A stretch of DNA of 11,602 nucleotides from Promethearchaeati archaeon. GTDB taxonomy: Archaea; Asgardarchaeota; Heimdallarchaeia; JABLTI01. The notes below the pieces were generated by a model. The model did not search any database, was not told where the DNA came from, and worked only from the letters and a program-made list of their open reading frames with translations. A program made the position numbers and the translations under genes. The DNA is taken from NCBI GenBank assembly GCA_013166835.1, contig JABLTI010000087.1:1-11602 (forward strand), read 5' to 3'. Of the stretch, positions 1 through 7,190 are shown piece after piece. Positions within the stretch are counted from its first letter, which is position 1, and every line of letters starts with the position of its first letter.

Positions 1-416
1 ATTCCAAAGAGAAGCGAAATAGCAAATATCATTACTGATGAACTAATAGCATATTCAAACCATCGGAAATAATTGATTCCTTGATCTAGTTTTCTATTGT
101 AAAAATCATTAATTCCTGGTATTACTGTTAAGAAGTGTGCAATTGCTGATATGAATAGAAATGCTGCTGCTAAAATTGCTAATGGTATAATATTATCAAT
201 AATAGTAAAATCCGGAACCAAATCAGGTGGTGGCCCTGGATCGAAAAATCTGAAATCAGTTGATATATCTAATTTGAAATCTTTGACACCTGGAATAACG
301 AAGCTTGCAATTAACATAAATGTAGCTTGAACTAAATGAAGTGCACCCATTATTCCATTGAAACGTCTTAATTTAGGATAAGTAATTTTTGATTCTGTTT
401 CACGAATTCCTTCCAT
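1..416 (-). CDS. heR: Heliorhodopsin (HeR), 5' part; gene runs off the left edge
   Basis: Not in the ORF track. Manual translation from ATG 416 gives 138 aa with no stop: MEGIRETESKITYPKLRRFNGIMGALHLVQATFMLIASF...FLFISAIAHFLTV...GINYFRWFEYAISSSVMIFAISLLFG. It has the HeR hallmarks: TM1 'N..MG.LHLVQ' (His27), a long TM1-TM2 loop, TM2 'SA.AH' (His94) and TM3 'N.FRWFEY..SSS.M' (counterion Glu121). RBS-like GGAGAGG lies about 8 nt upstream. The retinal-binding Lys in TM7 is outside the window. Confidence 0.93.
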   Translation of the reverse strand, partial: MEGIRETESKITYPKLRRFNGIMGALHLVQATFMLIASFVIPGVKDFKLDISTDFRFFDPGPPPDLVPDFTIIDNIIPLAILAAAFLFISAIAHFLTVIPGINDFYNRKLDQGINYFRWFEYAISSSVMIFAISLLFG

Positions 417-607
417 TCATCAATCCTCTCCATTTTAGAAGTTTTTAATAAAATGTAATTATTAAAGAACAATAATCTTTTCTGAATATAATAATTATAG
501 TTAATTTTCTGAATTTTACACTGGTAAAAAGTTAATTATCTATAATTTTTAGTTTATATTGATTAAAAAATTGATAAACTATATAACATCAAGTTTAGTT
601 GATTTGC
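417..607. promoter_or_regulatory. Divergent promoter region shared by heliorhodopsin and photolyase
   Basis: Very AT-rich intergenic DNA between head-to-head genes. TATATAA at 580-586 lies about 25 nt before the photolyase ATG (608), fitting a leaderless archaeal transcript. TATA-like candidates on the minus strand are near 445-452 and 486-491. Exact boxes are uncertain. Confidence 0.5.
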
Positions 608-1978
608 ATGATTCACTCAGAAAGAATCCAGAAATTAAATAATCTACCTGTAAATAATACAAGTAATTTTATTGTATATTGGATGCAATCATCAAGCAGA
701 ACTGAATTTAATCATGCCTTGGAATATGCTATTGAGAAATCAAATGAAATCCAAAAACCATTAATTGTTTTTTATGGTTTAACAGATTCTTTTCCAGAAG
801 CAACTGAAAGACACTATTATTTTCTACTAGAAGGACTGCAAGAAGTGGAATCGAATCTAATAAAAAGAGGGATTAAATTCGTAGTGCAGAAAATCTCACC
901 AGAAATAGGAGCTTTTGAAATTGCTAAAGACGCAGCTCTAGTTGTTGTTGATAGAGGATATTTAAACATTGAACGGAAATGGCGACAATTTTTATCTGGA
1001 AAATTAGATTGTTCTCTTATTCAAGTTGAAAGCAATGTTGTTGTTCCTGTTGAAGATGCATCTGATAAAGAAGAATTTGCAGCTTACACTATTAGACCAA
1101 AAATTAATAAAAAATTGAATAAATATCTTGTTCCTCTTAATAAAAGAAAAGTCAATTTTAGCTCTAATGATTATGATTTCACAACTTTAAACCTTCTAGA
1201 TCTAAATAATATTCTCAATGAATTTAATATAGATAAAACTGTGAAAAAAGTTTCTGGATTCACTGGGGGTTACTCAAAAGCAAAGCTCAATTTACAAGAG
1301 TTTATTTCTGGGAAATTGGAAAAATATGAAACTATGAGAAATAATCCAGTATATGATTATCAATCAAATCTAAGTCCTTTCCTACATTTTGGGCAAATCT
1401 CTCCATTAGAAATCGCTTTAGAAATTTCGAAAACAGAAGGTCAAGCTAAAAAGAATTATCTAGAACAATTAATAATTAGGAGAGAACTAAGTATAAACTT
1501 CATTACTTATAATCTAGGATATGATAATTACAATACGTTGAATAATCCAAGATGGGCAGAACAAACACTTGAAGATCATATCAAAGATAAAAGAGAATAC
1601 GTATATTCCTTAGAAGAATTTGAGCAAGCAAAAACCCATGATTCTTACTGGAATGCTGCACAAAATGAGATGGTAATTACAGGAAAAATGCATAATTATA
1701 TGCGAATGTATTGGGGAAAGAAAATACTGGAATGGACGGAAACACCTGAACTAGCCTATAAAATAGCAATTAATCTGAACAATAAATATGAATTGGATGG
1801 TCGAGATCCTAATGGCTATACAGGAGTTGCTTGGTGTTTTGGAAAACATGATCGCCCTTGGAAAGAAAGACCAATTTTTGGAAAAGTAAGATATATGAAT
1901 GCAAATGGTTTGAGAAGGAAATTTGATGTTGAAAAATATGTTATGAAAATAAAGAATCTTGATATATATAACAACTAA
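608..1978 (+). CDS. phrB: Class II CPD photolyase (deoxyribodipyrimidine photo-lyase)
   Basis: N-terminal VYWMQ...R..FNHAL and SNLSPFLHFGQIS. The class II C-terminus is intact: THDSYWNAAQ.EM..TGKMHNYMRMYWGKKILEW, LNNKYELDGRDPNGY.GVAWC.G.HDRPW.ERPIFGKVRYM. The class II Trp cascade and the flavin-proximal Asn appear present. ATG 608 preferred over TTG 599 from the track. Confidence 0.96.
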   Translation: MIHSERIQKLNNLPVNNTSNFIVYWMQSSSRTEFNHALEYAIEKSNEIQKPLIVFYGLTDSFPEATERHYYFLLEGLQEVESNLIKRGIKFVVQKISPEIGAFEIAKDAALVVVDRGYLNIERKWRQFLSGKLDCSLIQVESNVVVPVEDASDKEEFAAYTIRPKINKKLNKYLVPLNKRKVNFSSNDYDFTTLNLLDLNNILNEFNIDKTVKKVSGFTGGYSKAKLNLQEFISGKLEKYETMRNNPVYDYQSNLSPFLHFGQISPLEIALEISKTEGQAKKNYLEQLIIRRELSINFITYNLGYDNYNTLNNPRWAEQTLEDHIKDKREYVYSLEEFEQAKTHDSYWNAAQNEMVITGKMHNYMRMYWGKKILEWTETPELAYKIAINLNNKYELDGRDPNGYTGVAWCFGKHDRPWKERPIFGKVRYMNANGLRRKFDVEKYVMKIKNLDIYNN

Positions 1979-2004
1979 AAAATGTCCTGCAACTAATTGA
2001 AACT

Positions 2005-2020
2005 GAAGAGAATTTATAAA
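2005..2020 (+). promoter_or_regulatory. Archaeal BRE + TATA box for the E2-like gene
   Basis: Purine-rich GAAGAGAA (2005-2012) followed directly by TTTATAAA (2013-2020), then AGGAG (2051-2055) and ATG 2064. Confidence 0.6.
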
Positions 2021-2063
2021 GCAAATTGCAATGAATTATTGTAATTTAACAGGAGATTACATT

Positions 2064-3005
2064 ATGCCAAGAAGGCCAGATGCAGAATTAGTAAAAACAT
2101 CAAAATTTCGTGAATTAGAATTTTATATTATGCAAAAGAGACATGAAAGTGTCATTTATGCTGATATACTAATTGATCTAACAAATACTTACAAGTTTCT
2201 AGAAAAGTACAATAAAGATAAGAAGGATAACGAGAAATTAACTCTCTTTCAAATATTTTTGACTGCTGTTGTAAGAACAATCACTCTTCGACCTAAAGTC
2301 AATCGTTTTGTTGCAGGTCGTCGATTATGGCAACGAAACCGAATAATTTTGTCTTTTGTAGTTAATAAAGAAAAGACTGAAGAAAGTGAAGAAATAAATG
2401 CTATGATAGAATTTGATCCTTATGACACCTTGGAAACAGTTCAAAGTATCGTAAATAAGCAGATTTATGAAGCTCGACATTTGGAAAATCCAAATCAAAA
2501 AGATGTCGATTTTTGGGGAGGAATGCCTCGTTGGATCATTAGGTTCATGTTTTGGTTCATGCGTTGGACAGATGAACACAATATACCAATTAATTCCCTC
2601 ATAGACGATATGCCATTATGGTGTTCGTGTTTTATAGCACATTTAGGTTCACTCAATGTAGATGCGGTCTTTCATCACCCCTTTGAGTTAGGAACTGCAA
2701 GTATCGTAATGATTATTGGAAAAATCCACAAAGCAGCAATAGTTAATCAAGAAACAGATGAAATTAAAATTAAAAAAGTCATGAAACTTAAAGCGAGTAT
2801 AGATGATCGTATCGCAAGTGGGATATATACAGGACCTACTTTCGATTTATTTAAGAGTCTTATTGAAAATCCAGAGCCTCTGTTGAAACCACCAGAATTG
2901 ACAGATGAACAATTAGATGCTCTAAAATTAAAGAAATACAAGAAAGAACGAATTGCTCGAGAGAAACAAAGAAAGAAAGATAAGAAAAAAAGAAAGAAAA
3001 AGTAA
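2064..3005 (+). CDS. Stand-alone 2-oxoacid dehydrogenase acyltransferase (E2) catalytic-domain-like protein, no lipoyl domain
   Basis: Pattern 'IDLT...F...', 'RPKVNRFVAGRRLWQRN.I.LSFVV', 'FIAHLGSL', 'HHPFELGT' and C-terminal 'IDDRIASG' at the DHRxxDG position. Start set at ATG 2064 (AGGAG RBS, downstream of the TATA box) rather than 2031. Confidence 0.75.
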   Translation: MPRRPDAELVKTSKFRELEFYIMQKRHESVIYADILIDLTNTYKFLEKYNKDKKDNEKLTLFQIFLTAVVRTITLRPKVNRFVAGRRLWQRNRIILSFVVNKEKTEESEEINAMIEFDPYDTLETVQSIVNKQIYEARHLENPNQKDVDFWGGMPRWIIRFMFWFMRWTDEHNIPINSLIDDMPLWCSCFIAHLGSLNVDAVFHHPFELGTASIVMIIGKIHKAAIVNQETDEIKIKKVMKLKASIDDRIASGIYTGPTFDLFKSLIENPEPLLKPPELTDEQLDALKLKKYKKERIAREKQRKKDKKKRKKK

Positions 3006-3009
3006 AAGA
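2963..3009 (-). terminator. Possible oligo(U) terminator for the DUF362 gene, overlapping the Lys-rich tail codons of the convergent gene
   Basis: On the minus strand, a long T-rich tract (including T7 and T5 runs) begins about 10-20 nt after the stop at 3019. Oligo-U tracts are the usual archaeal termination signal. Confidence 0.4.
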
Positions 3010-3018
3010 ACAGAGCGA

Positions 3019-4206
3019 CTAAAAGAATGTTGGCTCTGATTCATACCTTTCTTTAGGTGGTTCCATCTTTGCAGTTTCCTCTGGTGAAAGAATTTCAATA
3101 AGTTCGTATTTTGAGGTACCCATACCTAGTTTTTCTGCGTATTCTACAGTCTTATATGGATCTTTAAAGTGTCCAAAGAGCTGTTGGAAAGGATGTAATT
3201 CTGGTTTTAATTGGACATTATTTAGAAACGGTGGTATACTTGATTCAAGAAGACCTTCCTTTTTAATTAAGTCTAGAGTAGCTTGTTCAATAGCAACAGT
3301 ATCTTTGCTGGCAAGAATACCTATTTCATTTACTACAATTGGCTGTGGCATCCCCATACAATCACAAAATGCTGTTATTTGAAGAGCGACATTGAAATTG
3401 AAGATTTTATTCTTATCAAAAGTGTCTAGAACTAATTTTGCAGCGATAGCTTGGAACTCTTGGAAAGCATTATAATTTTCTTGCTTTATTTCTAAAGAAC
3501 CAACATCTTCATCAGCTTTAATACATTTCATACACTGATTGCAATTATAAAAACCAACTTTTAGTTCATGTTTATCTTCTTTATAGTCAATGCATTTTTC
3601 TGGACAGGATTCCACTAGTTTCTTCGCATGTTCTGGAGTACATTTATCTGCGTCCCAATATTTATCGTAATGTACTACTGCATGAATTTTGTTCCATCTT
3701 GTTTTTGCGGCAAAACCACCGAGAGCGATATTTTTTATCACTCCACCAAAACCGGGTAATCCATGTCCTTTTGCATGGGCGAAGTTAATTAGCACGTCAG
3801 CATCATGTAAAACTCCTGCTAGATCAACTGAGTCGATACCTTTGAAATCAACTTTTTTAGTATAGACGTAACCATCTTTGATTCCTGCTACAGGGATTAT
3901 TGGACAACCACAGGTTTCTTCAGTATACCCTCTGTTTACTGCATTGTAAACAGCTGTTGGATTGTCAGTCACAAAAGGAACACCACCTGTTTTTTTTATT
4001 GCTTTAACTAGTCTTCTTACAAAAAAGACTGGAACAGTTTGGTATCCATCATTAAAACCGAGATGCATTTTGATAGCGACTTTATCCTTCTTTTCAATGG
4101 AAGAAAAATCAAGGGACTCAAGGATTTTCTCATATTTCGCACCAAGAGATGCAAATCGATTTGCTTTACCATGTTGTAAAGAACCGAAATAAACTTTCGA
4201 GGTCAT
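3019..4206 (-). CDS. DUF362 domain iron-sulfur protein with an internal ferredoxin-like segment
   Basis: SKVYF start, 'VAIKMHLG', 'HAKGHGLPGFGGVIKNIALG', 'CNQCMKC', 'IT.FCDC....PIV.EIGILASKD.VAIEQATLDL', 'YAEKLGMGT.KYELI'. ATG 4206 preferred because the track's GTG 4215 sits inside the RBS-like GTGTGA. Confidence 0.85.
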   Translation of the reverse strand: MTSKVYFGSLQHGKANRFASLGAKYEKILESLDFSSIEKKDKVAIKMHLGFNDGYQTVPVFFVRRLVKAIKKTGGVPFVTDNPTAVYNAVNRGYTEETCGCPIIPVAGIKDGYVYTKKVDFKGIDSVDLAGVLHDADVLINFAHAKGHGLPGFGGVIKNIALGGFAAKTRWNKIHAVVHYDKYWDADKCTPEHAKKLVESCPEKCIDYKEDKHELKVGFYNCNQCMKCIKADEDVGSLEIKQENYNAFQEFQAIAAKLVLDTFDKNKIFNFNVALQITAFCDCMGMPQPIVVNEIGILASKDTVAIEQATLDLIKKEGLLESSIPPFLNNVQLKPELHPFQQLFGHFKDPYKTVEYAEKLGMGTSKYELIEILSPEETAKMEPPKERYESEPTFF

Positions 4207-4297
4207 TTTTTTCACACTTAGAATTAAGTCAATGTTTTCTATCTTTAATATGAATGTAGTATTTTAATTCTTTGTAAAATTAAATGAAAAAGTCGAA

Positions 4298-5119
4298 TTA
4301 TAGTATTGATAATAGCTTATGAGCTTGAAGAGAAATACCATACAACTCAGTGGGTAAAATTTCTGCTAAAATTTCTGTTATTTTGAATAATTTTCGATGA
4401 GATATTGGTTCGACTTTTCCTATGGGAGTGACAGGTTGTATAACAACAGGTACCTCTATTTCTCGGATTTTATCTGCATACATTCGAATATCATCAAGAG
4501 AAGTTTGTTCTGTTACTACTATTTTGGCAAAAACTTGTACTGAATGATTGTTCAGAATCGCTAAGGATTCCATTTCTTTTTCAATAAGTTTATCCCATTC
4601 ACTCTTTTTCACGCTATTAGCAGATCGATCCTTTATATCAACACAAGCATAAGTAATGCTAGGAGCAACTTTTGCAATACGTTTTGGAAAATAACCATTT
4701 GTTTCAAGAAAAACAGGTTTTTTAAAATCATACAATTGATTAACTATTTGATAAAAGAATTCTTCTTGAAAAGCAGGTTCTCCACCAGTTAAAGATACAG
4801 AATGAATGTCTTTTGTTGATAAATTTAATACTTGTTCTACTACAAATTCAGGACTTACAGGATTTTTATATGTTGTAAACTCCCATGTTCCAGGTTTCTT
4901 TTCAACTTTACATTCTGGATATTCGGCGTCCCGAGAGTGTGCGGTATCACACCAATCACACTTCAGATCACAACCGGCTAATCGAATGAAAATTTGCCTT
5001 CTGCCAAAACAAGACCCTTTAACTGATCCTCCTTCTCCCTGATAAGAACTGAAGATTTCTACAATACTACCATTAATGGAATTCTTCTTAACACTTTCTT
5101 TTTTATCTTTGGCACTCAA
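4298..5119 (-). CDS. queE: 7-carboxy-7-deazaguanine synthase QueE (radical SAM)
   Basis: EIFSSYQGEG...G.RQIFIRLAGCDLKCDWCDT (CxxxCxxC), SLTGGEP, LETNG, VIQPV and C-terminal LQAHKLL. Adjacent to queC. TTG start with GGAGA RBS 7 nt upstream. Confidence 0.92.
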   Translation of the reverse strand: MSAKDKKESVKKNSINGSIVEIFSSYQGEGGSVKGSCFGRRQIFIRLAGCDLKCDWCDTAHSRDAEYPECKVEKKPGTWEFTTYKNPVSPEFVVEQVLNLSTKDIHSVSLTGGEPAFQEEFFYQIVNQLYDFKKPVFLETNGYFPKRIAKVAPSITYACVDIKDRSANSVKKSEWDKLIEKEMESLAILNNHSVQVFAKIVVTEQTSLDDIRMYADKIREIEVPVVIQPVTPIGKVEPISHRKLFKITEILAEILPTELYGISLQAHKLLSIL

Positions 5120-5168
5120 GGTAAATTCTCCATTCTGTAATATCTTTTCTTTATTCTAATACCTATTA

Positions 5169-5903
5169 TTATTTATCATAAATCGTTGGGTCCTTAATTG
5201 AACTTTCACTGAATCCTCGTTTTCTACGCAAGCAACTCTCACAAATACCACAATGGATAGGCCTGCTTTTTTGATCAACCCCTTTAGGATTGTAACAGGA
5301 ACTGCTGAATTCAAAAGGAACATTGAGTTTGACCCCTAATTCCACAATCTCTTTTTTTCTCATTCCAGCTACAGGACTAATAACACTTACTTTTGCATTT
5401 AGTATGCCTCTAGATGCAGTTCGAATAAAATCATCAATGAATTCTTGAGTGTTGTCTGGAAAACTTGTTCCTTCTTCTAGATTGAAACCTGTTATAATGT
5501 CAACATCATTTCCAATAACTTCTGAATACGAGGAAGCAATGGATAGGAATAACAAGTTTCTCCCTGGAATCCAAACAGATCGAGCACTTTCTAAACTTGA
5601 GGGTAGATCATCTAATTCATCCTTAGATAATTTTGGAAGTTCTTTTTTACTTCCTTGTGCTAATGCGCTATCAATTCTTCTTGAGAAATCAGCTAAAAAC
5701 TCAAGACGAATAAACTCGTGATTGTTTGTTTTCACTAAACTCCCTAGTTTCTTAGTGGTTTGTACTAGAACAGTTTCCTCTTTAGAACCATATTCAAAAG
5801 TGATGCAGTCTACTCGTTTGTATTGTTGCTTTTTTGCCCACCAAAGACAAACCGTTGAATCTAATCCACCACTTAGCAGTATAATTGCTGATTTTTGTGA
5901 CAT
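5169..5903 (-). CDS. queC: 7-cyano-7-deazaguanine (preQ0) synthase QueC
   Basis: PP-loop LLSGGLDS, TFEYG, VWIPGRNL.FLSIA, EEG.SFPDN (archaeal-type) and Zn site SCY...HCGICESC..RKRGF. No GAT domain is fused. Confidence 0.96.
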   Translation of the reverse strand: MSQKSAIILLSGGLDSTVCLWWAKKQQYKRVDCITFEYGSKEETVLVQTTKKLGSLVKTNNHEFIRLEFLADFSRRIDSALAQGSKKELPKLSKDELDDLPSSLESARSVWIPGRNLLFLSIASSYSEVIGNDVDIITGFNLEEGTSFPDNTQEFIDDFIRTASRGILNAKVSVISPVAGMRKKEIVELGVKLNVPFEFSSSCYNPKGVDQKSRPIHCGICESCLRRKRGFSESSIKDPTIYDK

Positions 5904-5916
5904 TTTTTTTCACACA

Positions 5917-6477
5917 TTATTCCTTAACTTTATCTAGGATATCTTTTGCATTGATTAAGTAATGAACTTTGATTGAGTGCTCTTTCTCAAAATCTGCTAA
6001 GCCTTCAGATCTATCAATGAAGACGAAGAGATCCTCCACTGTTGCTCCTTCCTCTCGCAAAGCAGTAATTGCAAAAGCTTTACTAAAACCACTCGAAACT
6101 AAATCATCAACAAGAAGTATTTTTTGTCCTTTTGTGATTTCACCTTCAATCATTTTTTTAAGGCCGTGCTTCTTCGGTTCCTTCCTCAAAATATAATATG
6201 GTTTATTGAGTTTATGAGCAATTAAAGTTCCAAAAGGTATAGCGGCCATAGGAATTGCTACAATCCCCTCTATATCTGGAAAATGCTTGGCAATATAACT
6301 CACTGCCTCATCAATCAAAGAGTTAAATTCTTCCGGAAAATTAGGGATTATTCGTAAATCAATATAATACTTTGATTTTGCACCAGAAGCAAGTGTAAAA
6401 TCACCAAATTTTAGCGCACCTGTTTTTTCAAGCGTTTTCAAAATATTATCCTTTGTGTTTGCTTGTTCTTCAGCCAT
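5917..6477 (-). CDS. pyrE: Alternative model: stand-alone PyrE (186 aa) from internal ATG 6477
   Basis: In-frame Met235 (MAEEQANTK) is preceded by AAGGTGTGAG, an RBS-like element matching those before queC and the DUF362 gene. The length is typical of archaeal PyrE. Confidence 0.65.
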   Translation of the reverse strand: MAEEQANTKDNILKTLEKTGALKFGDFTLASGAKSKYYIDLRIIPNFPEEFNSLIDEAVSYIAKHFPDIEGIVAIPMAAIPFGTLIAHKLNKPYYILRKEPKKHGLKKMIEGEITKGQKILLVDDLVSSGFSKAFAITALREEGATVEDLFVFIDRSEGLADFEKEHSIKVHYLINAKDILDKVKE

Positions 6478-7179
6478 TAACTCACACCTTTGAAATACTG
6501 TAGACCTCTTTCTTTTATCTTTTGTGCTCCCTAAAATTGGAATTATTGCTCGATTAAGAATATCGGGTACAAAAATGAAGAGAATAATATTCGTAGCAGT
6601 TCTCGAAATGGTAACAACTATTCCCGCTAATAGTGCTACAGCATAAGCTGCAAAAGAGAAACTTACTTCATCCCCAGCTTGAACTGAGAGAAGAACCCAG
6701 CCAAAATTCACTATCAAATCATAACTAATAGTTAGTAATCCCCCAACAACGCCCATGAAGAATCGCCAGAAGTATGTGGGCTTTTTGTATAGTATTCTAC
6801 CAAGTAAAGCTCCTGTTAAAGCAATTAGTATGTAAGCAATAATTTTAAACGGAAAAATAATTGGTCCTACACCAAGCAATGTTGTAGAGATTATTTCATA
6901 AAGTGATGAAGATAAAATCGCTAAAATTACACTATAAAGCGGTCCTAGAATTGCACCTCCAATAAATAATGTCAAAGACATCAATTCAAAGAAGGGTAAA
7001 TACGCGAACAATGTTGCTAAGGCTACACCTAATGCAGTAAAAATAGCAAGGATAGTAATCTTAACAGTTGGTCTTACTTGTGAGAACTCATCTAGAACTT
7101 GAACTTCTGTATTTTCTTCTTTTTGAAGATCATTGATAACAGAAATATCATTCTTAGTTTCAGATGAATTTTTTGGCAT
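5917..7179 (-). CDS. pyrE: ECF transporter S-component-like membrane protein in frame with orotate phosphoribosyltransferase (apparent fusion, 420 aa)
   Basis: aa ~40-215 hold about 6 hydrophobic helices with an S-component-like start (LAIFTALGVALA; LPFFELMSLTLFIGGAILGP). aa 235-420 are a complete PyrE: FGDFTLASG.KSKYYID, RKEPKKHG, PRPP motif LLVDDLVSSG.S, FIDR. No stop codon lies between the halves. Confidence 0.8.
   Translation of the reverse strand: MPKNSSETKNDISVINDLQKEENTEVQVLDEFSQVRPTVKITILAIFTALGVALATLFAYLPFFELMSLTLFIGGAILGPLYSVILAILSSSLYEIISTTLLGVGPIIFPFKIIAYILIALTGALLGRILYKKPTYFWRFFMGVVGGLLTISYDLIVNFGWVLLSVQAGDEVSFSFAAYAVALLAGIVVTISRTATNIILFIFVPDILNRAIIPILGSTKDKRKRSTVFQRCELMAEEQANTKDNILKTLEKTGALKFGDFTLASGAKSKYYIDLRIIPNFPEEFNSLIDEAVSYIAKHFPDIEGIVAIPMAAIPFGTLIAHKLNKPYYILRKEPKKHGLKKMIEGEITKGQKILLVDDLVSSGFSKAFAITALREEGATVEDLFVFIDRSEGLADFEKEHSIKVHYLINAKDILDKVKE
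6481..6490 (-). promoter_or_regulatory. Internal ribosome-binding site for pyrE
   Basis: Minus strand reads AAGGTGTGAG-TTA-ATG. Compare GTGTGA(A)nATG before queC (5915-5910) and the DUF362 gene (4217-4212), and GGTGA before 8418. Confidence 0.6.
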
Positions 7180-7190
7180 AGTCTCTTCCT

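Noticed and set aside
1-2000. HeR-photolyase block as a horizontally acquired island (looks somewhat more AT-rich)
   Set aside because: Visual impression only. I saw no integrase, IS, tRNA or flanking repeats. GC, codon-usage and phylogenetic analysis would be needed.
2325-2941. Minus-strand ORFs 2325..2579 and 2747..2941
   Set aside because: Antisense shadows inside the E2-like gene, with no motifs or RBS.
5163-5171. Triple stop TAA-TAA-TAG after queC
   Set aside because: Present in the sequence but easily produced in AT-rich DNA, with no sign of recoding.
4298-5903. queC/queE as a DNA 7-deazaguanine modification (dpd) or QueC-type anti-phage system
   Set aside because: No dpdA/tgt-like, helicase, qat or CBASS genes are nearby. 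Both enzymes look canonical and the context is housekeeping, so tRNA archaeosine precursor synthesis is the simpler reading.
3962-6196. Plus-strand ORFs 3962..4192, 4806..5042, 5449..5721, 5722..5937 and 5969..6196
   Set aside because: Antisense to well-supported DUF362, queE, queC and pyrE genes, with composition typical of reverse-frame shadows.
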